Shown here piece after piece: positions 1-12,292 of a stretch of 64,000 bases of DNA. This stretch comes from Octopus vulgaris. Lineage: Eukaryota. The stretch is from the NCBI GenBank assembly GCA_951406725.2, contig OX597818.1, positions 35,402,001-35,466,000 of the forward strand, in the 5' to 3' direction. Positions within the stretch are counted from its first letter, which is position 1. Every line of letters begins with the position of its first letter. A program made the translations under genes and the position numbers. The notes under the pieces were generated by a model that saw nothing but the letters and a program-made list of their open reading frames with translations, made no database searches and was not told where the DNA came from.

Positions 1-24
1 TCTTTGCCCCGCTCGTTCTCAAAG

Positions 25-87
25 ATATATAATATATATATATATATATAATAATATATATATAATATATATATATAGATATATAAT

Positions 88-163
<76 letters not shown>

Positions 164-318
164 ATATATATTATATATAATATATATATATAATATATAT
201 ATTATATATATATATACATTGTGAAAGTTGATTTAGTATTTCTAAATTGAATGTTTCCATGTAAGCTTGGAATAATATTCCCTCATATTATTATTGTTTT
301 TATTATTATTATTATTAC

Positions 319-389
<71 letters not shown>

Positions 390-392
390 GTA

Positions 393-456
<64 letters not shown>

Positions 457-481
457 CATATATATATATAAATATATATAC

Positions 482-556
<75 letters not shown>

Positions 557-575
557 CATATATATATACATATAT
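25..575. repeat. (TA)n/(TAT)n/(TACA)n microsatellite block
   Basis: Direct reading; the overlapping ORFs are poly-YI, poly-N or poly-L artefacts. Confidence 0.95.
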
Positions 576-1029
576 CCGGTTCCGTTTTCAGCAGAGAAAG
601 ACGTGATTGCCTTTGCTCTGTGAAAAAGTTTGCATAGAACGGCGAAATAACCCACTGTAGTTGCAAAACGTAAAACTCTAAGTCATAGAGATCACTACAA
701 CACTTTGGTTTAAAAATATTTTTAAAAATATATATATAAATATATACATATACACAGTAATTTTCATTTTCGACGAAACGCACATGGTGCAAAAATAACT
801 GAATCAAGTTATCTCCTGCAAGAAAGAAAAAGAAGCATCTCTCCTGAAAAAAATCCCGTAAACCAAAAAAATAATCCAGACCACATTGTTGGATTAAGTA
901 TCAATTTCATCTATTTCATATTTTATTTATTATTCTATTTTATCTTTCACTTAGGCCCACATCTTAGTTAAAGTTGCGATCGTCATTTTGTTTGTTTACA
1001 TTTTCAATATCTGTTCTCGATATAATAAT

Positions 1030-2180
1030 TTTCCAGATACTCTATCTTCTAATTAGCCTTAAGATTAAATTAAATAACGTTTAATATTGATACCGTCAAA
1101 TTAGCCTTAGGATTAAATTAAATAACGTTTAATATTGTTTAATATTGTTAATAATTATTGTTAATTAGCCTTAAGATTAAATTAAATAACGTTTAATATT
1201 GTTTTAATATTGTTAATAATTTTTCAGATACTCTATCTTCTAATTAGCCTTAAGATTAAATTAAATAACGTTTAATATTAAAAACGTCTAATTAGTCTCA
1301 GGATTAAATTAAATAACGTTTAATATTGTTAATAATTATTGTTAATTAGCCTTAGGATTAAATTAAATAACGTTTAACATTGTTTAATATTGTTAATAAT
1401 TACTGTTAATTAGCCTTAAGATTAAATTAAATAACGTTTAATATTGTTTTAATATTGTTAATAATTCTTCAGATACTCTATCTTCTAATTAGCCTTCAGA
1501 TTAAATTAAATAACGTTTAATATTACCCACACTCTAATATAATATTAACATTGCTAATATATTTTCAGATACTCTATCTCCTGATTAGCCTTAAGATTAA
1601 ATAACGTTTTTATGCACACTCTAATATAATATTAATATTGCTAATATATTTTCAGATACTCTATCTTCTAATTAGCCTTAAGATTAAATTAAATAACGTT
1701 TAATATTAATAACGTCTAATTAGCCTTAAGATTAAATTAAATAACGGTTAATATTGCTTAATATTGTATATATAATTTTTCAGATACTCTGTCTTCTAAT
1801 TAGCCTTAAGATTAAATTAAATAACGTTTAATATTACCCACACTCTAATATAATATTAATATTGCTAATATATTTTCAGATACTCTATCTCCAAATTAGC
1901 CTTAAGATTAAATAACGTTTTTTTACCCACACTCTAATATAATATTAATATTACTAATATATTTTCAGATACTCTATCTCCTAATTAGCCTTAAGATTAA
2001 ACAACGTTTTTATCCACACTCTAATATAATATTAATATTGCTAATACATTTTCAGATACTCTATCCCCTAATTAGCCTTAAGATTAAATAACGTTTTTAC
2101 CCAAATAACGTTTTTACACAAACTTTAATATTGTTAATATTTCTTTTTCAAGTACTCTATCTTCTAATTAGCCTTAATAT
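1030..2180. repeat. Complex modular tandem array, about 15-16 copies of the core AATTAGCCTTAAGATTAAA(TTAAA)TAACGTTT, interleaved with TTTTCAGATACTCTATCTYCT and CCCACACTCTAATATAATATTAATATTGCTAATATA modules
   Basis: Core seen at about 1051, 1099, 1163, 1243, 1290, 1344, 1408, 1487, 1584, 1670, 1718, 1798, 1894, 1983, 2070 and 2166 (partial). Confidence 0.9.
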
Positions 2181-2238
2181 CTTCCTGTCTTCTCTCGAAC
2201 ATAATTAGATAGATAAACGGATAGACGGATTATCCAGC

Positions 2239-2493
2239 ATGTCCAGAGCATGGAGACGTGACGAGCTGGATTTATTCGTACGAGCATGGGAGTGCGCCGG
2301 CGGAGATAGCCCTAGCGAGGTGATTGCGGCTGCGCTGAAGAGCAGAGGCTACAAGAGGACAGCGGCTCAGATGGAGCGAAAGAGACAGGAATTCGTGCGC
2401 TCATATGCGCTTGTACGGTCGCACATTGGCGCACTTGATGCCATCTTTGAGAACGAGCGGAGCAAAGATGGCAAGAATGGAGACGATTATTAA
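2239..2493 (+). CDS. Compact Myb/SANT-like trihelix DNA-binding domain protein (84 aa), probably transposon-derived
   Basis: W-x3-E...W, IAAALKSRGYKRTAAQMERK and a C-terminal LDAIF fit the Myb_DNA-bind_4/GT-1 trihelix pattern; GC-rich island within AT-rich flanks. Confidence 0.65.
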   Translation: MSRAWRRDELDLFVRAWECAGGDSPSEVIAAALKSRGYKRTAAQMERKRQEFVRSYALVRSHIGALDAIFENERSKDGKNGDDY

Positions 2494-2499
2494 TTATAA

Positions 2500-3010
2500 T
2501 TTCAATTATATTATTATTATGATATATTATTATTATAAGTATACCATGGAGACGGAGATATATATAAGGAATATATATATAAAAGATTATATAAGAGCAG
2601 GAAAAGCATTAGGACCAGAGAAACAACCAGGTTATATATATACAATAAGGATTACAAACAGCGCACATGTGTATGTTCTACCTAGAGGTTCCTGCTGGCA
2701 TATATGCCGCTTTGCACATATATTATTATTAATATAGATACATATAATCAACACAAAGAATATTATTATGGACCACGCACCACCTGCCCAAAACGGATAC
2801 GCAGATTATTACAAACTGCCAACATGATGTATTGAAAGGCATTGCTGAGCATTATTATTATTATTTTTGTGCATTATTATTAGCAGCTATTATTATCAAA
2901 CCCAAGCCCGCAGGTGGGACTACCCACTATATACCAGACCACCACAGCAAACAGACACAGGATGGACACCGCCGGCAACAACGTACACCTCACCTCGATA
3001 CTCCTACTGA
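2500..3010 (+). pseudogene. Disrupted LINE ORF1 remnant (CCCH-type zinc-finger trace and Pro/Thr/Tyr-rich C-terminus)
   Basis: RGSCWH..CRFAH at about 2684-2718; YYQTQARRWDYPLYTRPPQQTDTGWTPPATTYTSPRYSY* overlaps the ORF2 start; interrupted by TATTAT-type junk. Confidence 0.4.
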
Positions 3011-5731
3011 ACATCAGAGGACTGCAAACACTCAGTAACAGGACAAAGATCCCGTTCCTGAGAGACTTTGTTGCATGCAATCAAGCCTTATGCATAGCAC
3101 TTACAGAAACGCACCTGAAACCGGACATAGCAGATGCGGAGTTACACATACCACAGTATGCTGTACTACGGACCGACAGGAAAGAAAGGAGTCATGGAGG
3201 TGTTGCTATGTACATCCGTGAGGACCTCACACCCCAGGTCCTCTTGTCATACTCAAACTCTGTGTGTGACACACTAATTGTACATATTAGGCAACTTGAT
3301 GTAGTTGTGTGTGCTACATATCGCCCTCCAGATGCCCCAAGCCATGTGGGCAAGTTTGAAGACTGCCTTATAAAAATAGAAGAAATTCTAACCACATTAG
3401 AACAACACATAGGTGTGCTTCTTATGGGAGACTTCAATCTGCCCAATGTCAGATGGCCCGAGGGCCTTTCTCTCCCAGGAATGACAAGATGTGAACGAGG
3501 ACAGGCGAGGTCCCTCCTGAACCTCATCAACACCCTGTACATGGAGCAGGTAATACTCCAACCAACCAGGGCAGGTAACACACTGGATCTCTGCTTCACA
3601 AATGACATGGATCTCATCCATAATGTGAAAGTGACACCGACAATACTCTCGGATCACAACATGATAGAGCTGACCATGTATGGGCCAAAAGAGAGCACGG
3701 ACATGCAGCCTACAAGAAACCCTCAAAATCTTTCCAGCTTGAACTACCATAAGGCAAACTGGAAACAAATTGAGAAAGAGATCCTCAAACAAAACTGGCC
3801 TGAATGTCTCTCCTCGCCAGACATCGACGTGAAACTTCAACAATTCATGTCTGTAATGCAAGCCATATGCTACAAATGTGTCCCAGAGAGAAAGGCCACT
3901 GTACACAAGAACAAAATCCCCAGAGAGAGGAAAATTTTAATGAGACGGCGTACGAAATTTTCAAATCGCCTAAACAAACAGATTGAAAGCAGTGAAAAGT
4001 CCCGCCTAAAAATAAAACTGTTGGAAATCGAAAAATGTCTGCAACTCTCCCATGAAAAAAAAGAGCAGACAAAGAAGCCTGGGCTATAGAAAACATAAAA
4101 TCTAACCCCAGAGCTTTCTACAGGTATGTCAAAGAAACAGCTACAGTGCACTGTAGAATAGGGCCACTCCTCGAAAAGGATGGCACACTTACAGGAAAAC
4201 CAATGAGGGTAAGTGAAATACTGAATGAGCAATTCAAGAGTGTTTTCACTCCACCCCTTGGGCATCTCCAAATCACCAATCCAACTGACTTTTTTACCAC
4301 TGCAGATATAAAATCAGAGGCGGCGACGATAGATTACATCGATATAAAGGAAGACGATGTAACCAAGGCTATAGATGAAATGAAAACAGACTCAGCTACT
4401 GGCCCCGATGGATTCCCGGCAATCCTCCTAAAAGCATGTAAGAGAGTCCTAGCAAGACCACTGCAGTTCCTCTTTCAGAGCTTCCTTGCAGCTGGCAAAC
4501 TTCCAGGAAAACTGAAGGAAGGTAAAATATGCCCCATTCATAAAGGAGGTAGCAGAGCGGAAGCCAAGAACTATAGACCTATCTCTCTGACCTCACACAT
4601 CAGCAAGGTCATGGAACGAATAGTCAGAAGGAAGCTGATCACCTTCCTTGAAGAGAATGACTTGCTGCCCGACACCCAACATGGTTTCCGACCAGGGAGA
4701 AGCTGCTTAACTCAGCTCCTACAACACTATGACTGGGTGCTGAAACGGCTGCTCAACCACTCAAATGTGGAAGTCATATATCTCGACTTGGCAAAGGCCT
4801 TTGATAAAGTCGATCATGGAATGATATGTCACAAACTGCGTGATCTCAACATAGTTGGAAAACTGGGAGAATGGCTTCATGACTTTCTGAAGGATAGAAG
4901 TCAGGTGGTAGTAGCCAATGGGGCCACCTCCATTAACACACAAATAGTGAGCGGTGTTCCGCAGGGCACTGTTCTGGGACCACTACTGTTCATAATGGCC
5001 CTCTCAGACATGCCCTCAGCCACGCAGAGAGCCACGATCACAAGTTATGCAGATGATACAAAAGTTTCACAGGCAATACAGAACCCTGAGGACACTAAAC
5101 ACCTGCAATGTGAGCTGGACGAAATATACAAGTGGGCTGAAAAGAATAGCATGCAGTTCAATGCTGGAAAGTTTCAAGCTTTATACTATCAGCATGCAAA
5201 ACTGAATGCAATACCCAATGAATACACTGGACCCGGAGGGATTGCAATCCCAGAGGCACAATCAGTGCGTGACCTGGGTATTCACATGAGTGATGACGCG
5301 ACCTTTCATGTACATGTTGCTAAACTGACAATGAAATGTAGACGGCTGGCTGGATGGATTCTTAGAACCTTTAGAACAAGAGAACAAGAAACCATGATGG
5401 TCCTCTGGAAGACACTTGTCCTAAGCCACTTTGACTATTGCTCTCAGCTATGGTCACCATCCAGTGTCAAGTTGATCACAGAACTTGAGGCGATCCAACG
5501 AAGCTACACAAAGAAGATAGCCTCTATGCAGAATGTAAGCTACTGGGAAAGACTCAAGAGATTAAAATTATATTCCCTGGAGCGTAGGCGGGAAAGATAT
5601 GCCATAATATACATCTGGAAGATCCTGGAGGGAAGTGTCCTGAACTTTGGCATCGAGAGTTACGCAAATGCCAGAACTGGGCGCCACTGCGTGGTGCCTA
5701 GGACTCCAAACCTGCCATCAAGATATAGGAC
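2961..5731 (+). mobile_element. CR1-group non-LTR retrotransposon ORF2 (APE endonuclease plus reverse transcriptase), one frameshift at about 4060-4070, truncated by the assembly gap
   Basis: APE motifs NIRG, ETH, YRPP, GDFN, LDL, SDH (ORF 2914-4089); RT motifs YRPISLTS, QHGF, DLAKAFD, GVPQGTVLGP, YADD (ORF 4146 onward). Confidence 0.95.
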
Positions 5732-5831
5732 NNNNNNNNNNNNNNNNNNNNNNNNNNNNNNNNNNNNNNNNNNNNNNNNNNNNNNNNNNNNNNNNNNNNN
5801 NNNNNNNNNNNNNNNNNNNNNNNNNNNNNNN
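5732..5831. other. Assembly gap (100 N)
   Basis: Run of N. Confidence 1.
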
Positions 5832-5884
5832 TATATATAGATAAGAAAGTTTGTTTGGTAAAGCACGTGGGTGAATATATAAGA

Positions 5885-6317
5885 AAATAGTAAAGTGTGA
5901 AAAAACGACAGAAGGCTTAAATGTTAAAAGATATATATATTTGTGTCAAAATGTCTGGAGAATATTGGAAAAATTTTTTTTTTTTCCTTTCCTTAAAATG
6001 ACATAATTTTTAAATTTTTAAAGAAATTACCGGTTTCGCGTGTAGCTTTTCAAATTTCTTGTGACGTTATGTTTATATTGCATGGATTTATCGTTGTTTT
6101 TATTTCCAGGAGATTTCTAAATAAGGGGAGGTAGTGAGTGATTTTTTCCGGTGTAGGGGAGATAATCGCTTAAAAATTTTTTTCCCATTTCCTTGTTAAT
6201 TTCTCTGTGTCAGTATGTTCGGATGGTTGAGTCTGGGTTTGTACTTTTCAATGAAGAATGTTTCCTTGTTCAGTCTCATTTGTGTTGATGATCCGAAAGC
6301 ACATTGGTAAAATGGGA
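5885..6317 (-). repeat. Inverted copy of the Penelope 3' end/pseudo-LTR
   Basis: Near-perfect reverse complement of 7359-7788. Confidence 0.95.
6021..6060 (-). ncRNA. Minimal type-I hammerhead ribozyme, U3-A8 variant (inverted pLTR copy)
   Basis: Exact reverse complement of 7617-7656. Confidence 0.7.
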
Positions 6318-7782
6318 TACATGGAAATAATCATTTACCAGGAATCTCTATCAATCTTTGGAAACTCCCTCTCTCAATACATAAAAGAGAATTGGAAACG
6401 ATTCCTAGACGATTGTTTCATTCTCTGGAATGAAAACATAGATAAACTCCTAAAATTTAAAAACCTATTGAACAGCATAAACCCAAATATACAGTTCACA
6501 ATGGAATACAACCAAAAGGAGCTCCCGTTCTTGGATATACTAATTAAAAAAATTAACCTTAAAATAGAAACAGACATTTTTTACAAAGCCACAGACGCCA
6601 AACAATACCTTCTTTTAATTCATGCCACCCAAGACACACTAAAACAAACATACCCTTCAACCTTGCAAGAAGGATATGCACAATAGTGTCAGAACAAAAT
6701 ACCAGGAACTTTAGACTGCAAGAACTCAAAAACACCCTAATTGACAGACATTACCCAGCTCAACTCATAGAGGATGGGATCAGACGTGCAACAGAAATCA
6801 ACATAGAAACTTTAAGAAAAGTTCAACACAACAACACACCTTCCCCGAAAATACTACCTTACATATCTACATACAACCCCAGAAACAAAGAAGCCTTCAC
6901 CATCATCACCCAGAATTTACCAATACTTCATAAAAACCCAAAATTAAGGGAAATTCTAAACATACACCAAATCATTAAAAGCTACAAACAGCCTAAATCA
7001 CTTAAAAAGATTCTCGCAAAGGCAAAATTGTCTTCTAAAATTACGGATGCAAAAGTAAAAAAATGTGGTAGATCGAACTGTGCAACATGTCCTAACCTAT
7101 TGGAAGGATCAGAATTCTTCTTTAAAGAAGGACAGAAATTTAAGATCAAATCTAACTTTACTTGTGCCTCTGAAAACATAATTTATGTTATTAAATGCTC
7201 GGGCTGCCACCAAGACTACGTGGGTTCCACGGGACTATCACTCAGGCGCAGATGCACACTGCATCGACAACAGATTGCATTCCCAGAATATAGAATGATA
7301 CCTTTTAGTGAGCACATTGAGAAATGCGCAAAGCAACTACTGCCACAATTTTTAATCTTCCCATTTTACCAATGTGCTTTCGGATCATCAACACAAATGA
7401 GACTGAACAAGGAAACATTCTTCATTGAAAAGTACAAACCCAGACTCAACCATCCGAACATACTGACACAGAGAAATTAACAAGGAAATGGGAAAAAAAT
7501 TTTTTAAGCGATTATCTCCCCTACACCGGAAAAAATCACTCACTACCTCCCCTTATTTAGAAATCTCCTGGAAATAAAAACAACGATAAATCCATGCAAT
7601 ATAAACATAACGTCACAAGAAATTTGAAAAGCTACACGCGAAACCGGTAATTTCTTTAAAAATTTAAAAATTATGTCATTTTAAGGAAAGGAAAAAAAAA
7701 TTTTCCAATATTCTCCAGACATTTTGACACAAATATATATATCTTTTAACATTTAAGCCTTCTGTCGTTTTTTCACACTTTA

Positions 7783-7788
<6 letters not shown>
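6311..7788 (+). mobile_element. 5'-truncated Penelope-like retroelement (RT C-terminus, Cys-rich linker, GIY-YIG endonuclease, pLTR); Neptune-like
   Basis: WKRFLDDCF, LPFLD and IFYKAT; after a frameshift at about 6612, SCHPRHTK..IPFNLARR; CGRSNCATC; IIYVIKCSGCHQDYVGSTG (GIY-YIG); stop at 7480. Confidence 0.92.
7617..7656 (+). ncRNA. Minimal type-I hammerhead ribozyme, U3-A8 variant
   Basis: AAGAAAT-[UUGAAAA]-GC TACAC GC-[GAAA]-CCGG-[UA]-ATTTCTT: 7-bp stem I and palindromic stem III ACCGGT. Confidence 0.7.
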
Positions 7789-7846
<58 letters not shown>

Positions 7847-7851
<5 letters not shown>

Positions 7852-8150
7852 AACTCAATAATACAGAGAAATTCACACTAAAGGAAAAAATTTTAAGCGA
7901 TTATCTCCCTTACACCGGAAAATCACTCACTACTTTCCTTTATTTAGAACTCGTAGCAAAAATACTATATATAACATTAAGTCACAAGAAATAAGAGCTA
8001 ACTGCGAAACCGGTATTTCTTTAAAAATTATAAAATTATGTCATTTTAAGGAGGAAAAAATTTTTTCCAATATTCTCCAGACATTTTGACGCATATATAT
8101 ATATATTTTTTAACATTTAAGCCTTCTGTCGACACTCTATATATACTATT
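7847..8150 (+). repeat. Third, degenerate direct copy of the Penelope pLTR
   Basis: Matches 7452-7788 with many small indels. Confidence 0.85.
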
Positions 8151-8190
<40 letters not shown>

Positions 8191-8415
8191 TGTATGTATA
8201 TATACTAACGTGTGTACAGAGACAGCAGAGACAAAAAGAAACAGAAATTAAATTTGGAGCACATAAGTTTATTTCTAAATATATATGTAGGATTAATAAA
8301 TACAATATTTTATGTATATCAAAATAAATTAAAATGTACGTCTTCAATAAGAAGAGTTCAACGAGCAGAAGACAACGCATATAATTTGCTTCTCAACATC
8401 TTACTCAAACAGCTT

Positions 8416-8467
<52 letters not shown>

Positions 8468-8967
8468 GGGAGAGAGAGATTATTTTATATATATACATAC
8501 ATGTATCCACACCAACACAGCTATTTACAATATAATATGTATATATATATATATATAAATATATATATATATATTTGCTATATAGAAATATTATCAAATA
8601 ACCAGTTTACCAAATATTATAAATAATAACGAATCTCGTTGGTATAGATTCAAAATCCCGAGGTGTATTTCACTGATATATGTATATAATGCAATGGAGA
8701 TGTGTGTTTCGAACTCCTTCTGCATCAATATATCAAGTTAGTCGTCAAAACACATCGACTATAAGGAGGCGTATATATATATGAAATACAAAGCGACATA
8801 TTCATGTTCAAATATCCCTCCGAACCTTCTCTCTCTCTATCTCTCTCTCTGAAACACACATTTTATAAACATCCCTACACACATATCTTATATGCATTCA
8901 CGCACACCTACATACACACACAAACACAGATACATGCACACACATGGCTTTTATCTGTGTGTGTGTA

Positions 8968-9028
<61 letters not shown>

Positions 9029-9098
9029 ACGGTGACATATGTGTGTGTGTGCTGTCAAGAAGTAGTGTGTCGTAGTGTATATATATATGCTATATACA

Positions 9099-9134
<36 letters not shown>

Positions 9135-9312
9135 TATATATACTAAGCATATATATATATATATATATGTAATACGTGTGTGTGTGCTGTAAAAGTCATG
9201 TAACGTGTACCACAGTGATCAATGTGTGTGTGTCACTGTAAGCACAATGCAATGTGCTACTCGTATATATAGTATACTATATATATATATACGTATATAT
9301 ATATATATATCC

Positions 9313-9373
<61 letters not shown>

Positions 9374-9376
9374 CAC

Positions 9377-9429
<53 letters not shown>

Positions 9430-10132
9430 AAGGAGAAAAGTTCACGAAAATAAAAAAATTTAAGAAAAAATTACCATAACAAATAGAGATGTATTAGTAT
9501 AAAAAAGGATATAGAAAAAGAATTTCGAGCCTACGCTCTTCTACAGAGAGATACAGAGATAAGAATATATATACAAGGAGAGACACACACACACAGAGAG
9601 AAAGAAAAAAGTAGAGAAAAGAGGAGAGAAAATATATATATATATATATATATATAAAGAGAGAAAAAAGGAGAGAGCTATGGTAATATATTGATATATA
9701 TATATGTTTTCGGTGGGAATGCTATTATATATATACGGCGCCGTATTTCACATATCATGTAAATTATGATATATGGCATTTTTATATAAGTTTAAAGCTA
9801 TATGCCGAACACCGTATATATATATATATGTATATATATGGTCTAAACCAAGCGAGGCTATATATAGCCCCCACCATGTATATATATATATATGTATATA
9901 TATTCCGTATAACCAACATATATGTTAACGCGTCTGAGTGTGTTAACTTATATATATACATATATATATGTATATATATATGCACGCGTATCGGTAGAGA
10001 AAGAAGTTGCTCTTTCTTGGGGATATATCAAATATATTCACTATATTTTGCACTAATATATCCCAAATGTATACGAGATATATTCTCATATCTATATGTA
10101 GTATGGTTTACCGTTGCTTCTTCTTCGATATT

Positions 10133-10320
<188 letters not shown>

Positions 10321-10430
10321 CATATATATATATATACACACATCTAATATAGGATTAAATTTTTCAAAAATTGAAAATTTATCAATGGCCAGCATATTAA
10401 AAAATACCTTTAAAGGTTAAATTTATAAAC

Positions 10431-10768
10431 AACTTATAAACAAGGGTGAAGGAAAAAAATTCCAATACCAAATATGCCGAAACTAGACACGTCGTCCATA
10501 ACCATATAATTCATCACTATATGCACGTATCTCGAAGAAAGCCGACAGAAGTTTCTAAAAAATTCCGTTATTATCATATCGGACCCGATTTCAGAGTTAA
10601 TTCATAAGAACCTTCTCTTCGTCAGTGATAAATGCGGCAAAGAAATAAATAAAATACTTACTTATACCCATGGAAAACCATAGTGATGAATTATATGGTT
10701 ATGGACGACGTGTCTAGTTTCGGCATATTTGGTATTAGAAATGTTTTTCTTTTACCCTTGTTTATAAG

Positions 10769-10770
<2 letters not shown>
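10431..10770. mobile_element. Foldback element with ~90-bp inverted arms and an internal hammerhead-like motif (10577-10630, minus strand)
   Basis: 10431-10520 is the reverse complement of 10680-10770; minus strand reads TATCA-CTGACGA-AGAG...CTCT-GAAA-TCGGG-TC-CGATA. Confidence 0.75.
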
Positions 10771-10812
<42 letters not shown>

Positions 10813-11024
10813 AGCAAAGAGAAAATAACAGACGATAGATAAATGTCAGTTCATATCAGCTGTTTCTTACGCATCCTTTTATTTGATGAGAGTAGATTAC
10901 ACCATAGTAAAGAAAATCGTATTCCTCAGAAGTTGCTATGAATGCGAATGAAAATCTAAATCAGATTATTTCAGTTTCAATATGGTATCGGGAAATCAAG
11001 AAATACAAAGCTGAAGCTACTCAC

Positions 11025-11183
11025 CTAGAATTCGAACCAACACATTTCTGCTCATTCCTTCCCCCTTTGAATTAGCCGCAGTACACGTATAGTCACCATC
11101 ATCGTAGGCGCTTTGTACATCTTCCACTGTTAAGGTTCCGTTTACCACCTTTTGCCGATGGTCTATTGGTAATGCCTGCGAGG
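11025..11183 (-). CDS. Dscam: Dscam-like exon, C-terminal half of Ig6 (159 nt, phase 1-1)
   Basis: (A)SQALPIDHRQKVVNGTLTVEDVQSAYDDGDYTCTAANSKGEGMSRNVLVRIL; acceptor TTTTATAG, donor GTGAGT; LP.DHRQ.V.NGTL motif typical of Dscam Ig6. Confidence 0.88.
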
Positions 11184-11402
11184 CTATAAAAGTGAGAAGA
11201 ATTTTGAAAGCATTGAAATATAATATTTGTATGTGAAATGTATGTATAATTGTGTATATAAACACACTTGCATCAATATACATTCACACGCACATCACAC
11301 ACACTCACATACAAACGCACGCACACGTACACACGCACACGTGCACATTTTCAGTAAAATTTATGAACGAATTATAGCATAGATTCAAGAGGTAGAATAG
11401 GT

Positions 11403-11450
<48 letters not shown>

Positions 11451-11856
11451 CATGCATAGATACATACAGATATACATATATGTATATATATATATGTTTT
11501 TACGTATGCTTATATAGATACATATATATGTATATATATGTATATATATATATATATGTATATATATATTATAGTGAAAAGGCTGAAATGCACTTCAAAG
11601 TGGGATACTTCAATTGGTGAAGGTGATATTAAGGTCAAGGTTTAATATATATATTAAACTGGATGCAGACACACACGTACAATATACATATACATATATA
11701 TGTGTGTGTATACATCTATCTATCTATATATATATATATGTAAATTGACGGTAAATGTTGGTATATGTACCGTTAGCAAGAGTAATAACAATAACGAATA
11801 ATTTCTGCGAAATATAGATCACAAATAACAGTTTAATGTTCAGTACACTATAAATA

Positions 11857-12067
11857 ATAGACTTGCTCTCAGATAAAGGCTTTTGCAAAAAAAAAAAAAA
11901 AAATCCCTCGCGGAAGAACTACTACATACACACACATAGATACGCATATATATATACATGTATGTATGTGTGTGTGTTTGTGCGTGTGCGTGCGTGTGAG
12001 TGTAGTGATTATTATACGATGGATTTTTGTCATTTTTGCAAAAAACTTTATCTGAGAGCAAGTCTAT
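11857..12067. mobile_element. MITE-like inverted-repeat element
   Basis: Perfect 22-bp inverted ends ATAGACTTGCTCTCAGATAAAG/CTTTATCTGAGAGCAAGTCTAT, with further imperfect pairing inward. Confidence 0.65.
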
Positions 12068-12102
12068 CATATATATGTATATACATTTATACTTTGTGTG
12101 TG

Positions 12103-12133
<31 letters not shown>

Positions 12134-12247
12134 CTGTGTATGACAAATGATAAACTCTTGTGTTTTTATGTGTATCAAAAATACTGAAAATTGTTCTCAT
12201 TTCGTATTAAATACCTGATTCATTATGTCACAATCTGTCTCTCCCTC

Positions 12248-12292
<45 letters not shown>

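Noticed and set aside
242-807. Long ORFs rich in YI/IY/HT/CV repeats, here and at 8.8-10.4, 15.5-17.8, 35, 46-47.9, 56.6 and 62.5 kb
   Set aside because: These are translations of microsatellites with no protein signal.
1030-2180. CRISPR-like appearance of the repeat array
   Set aside because: The intervening segments are themselves repeated modules rather than unique spacers; eukaryotic context and no cas genes.
3192-4300. Antisense and alternate-frame ORFs over the LINE
   Set aside because: Shadow ORFs of the LINE coding sequence.
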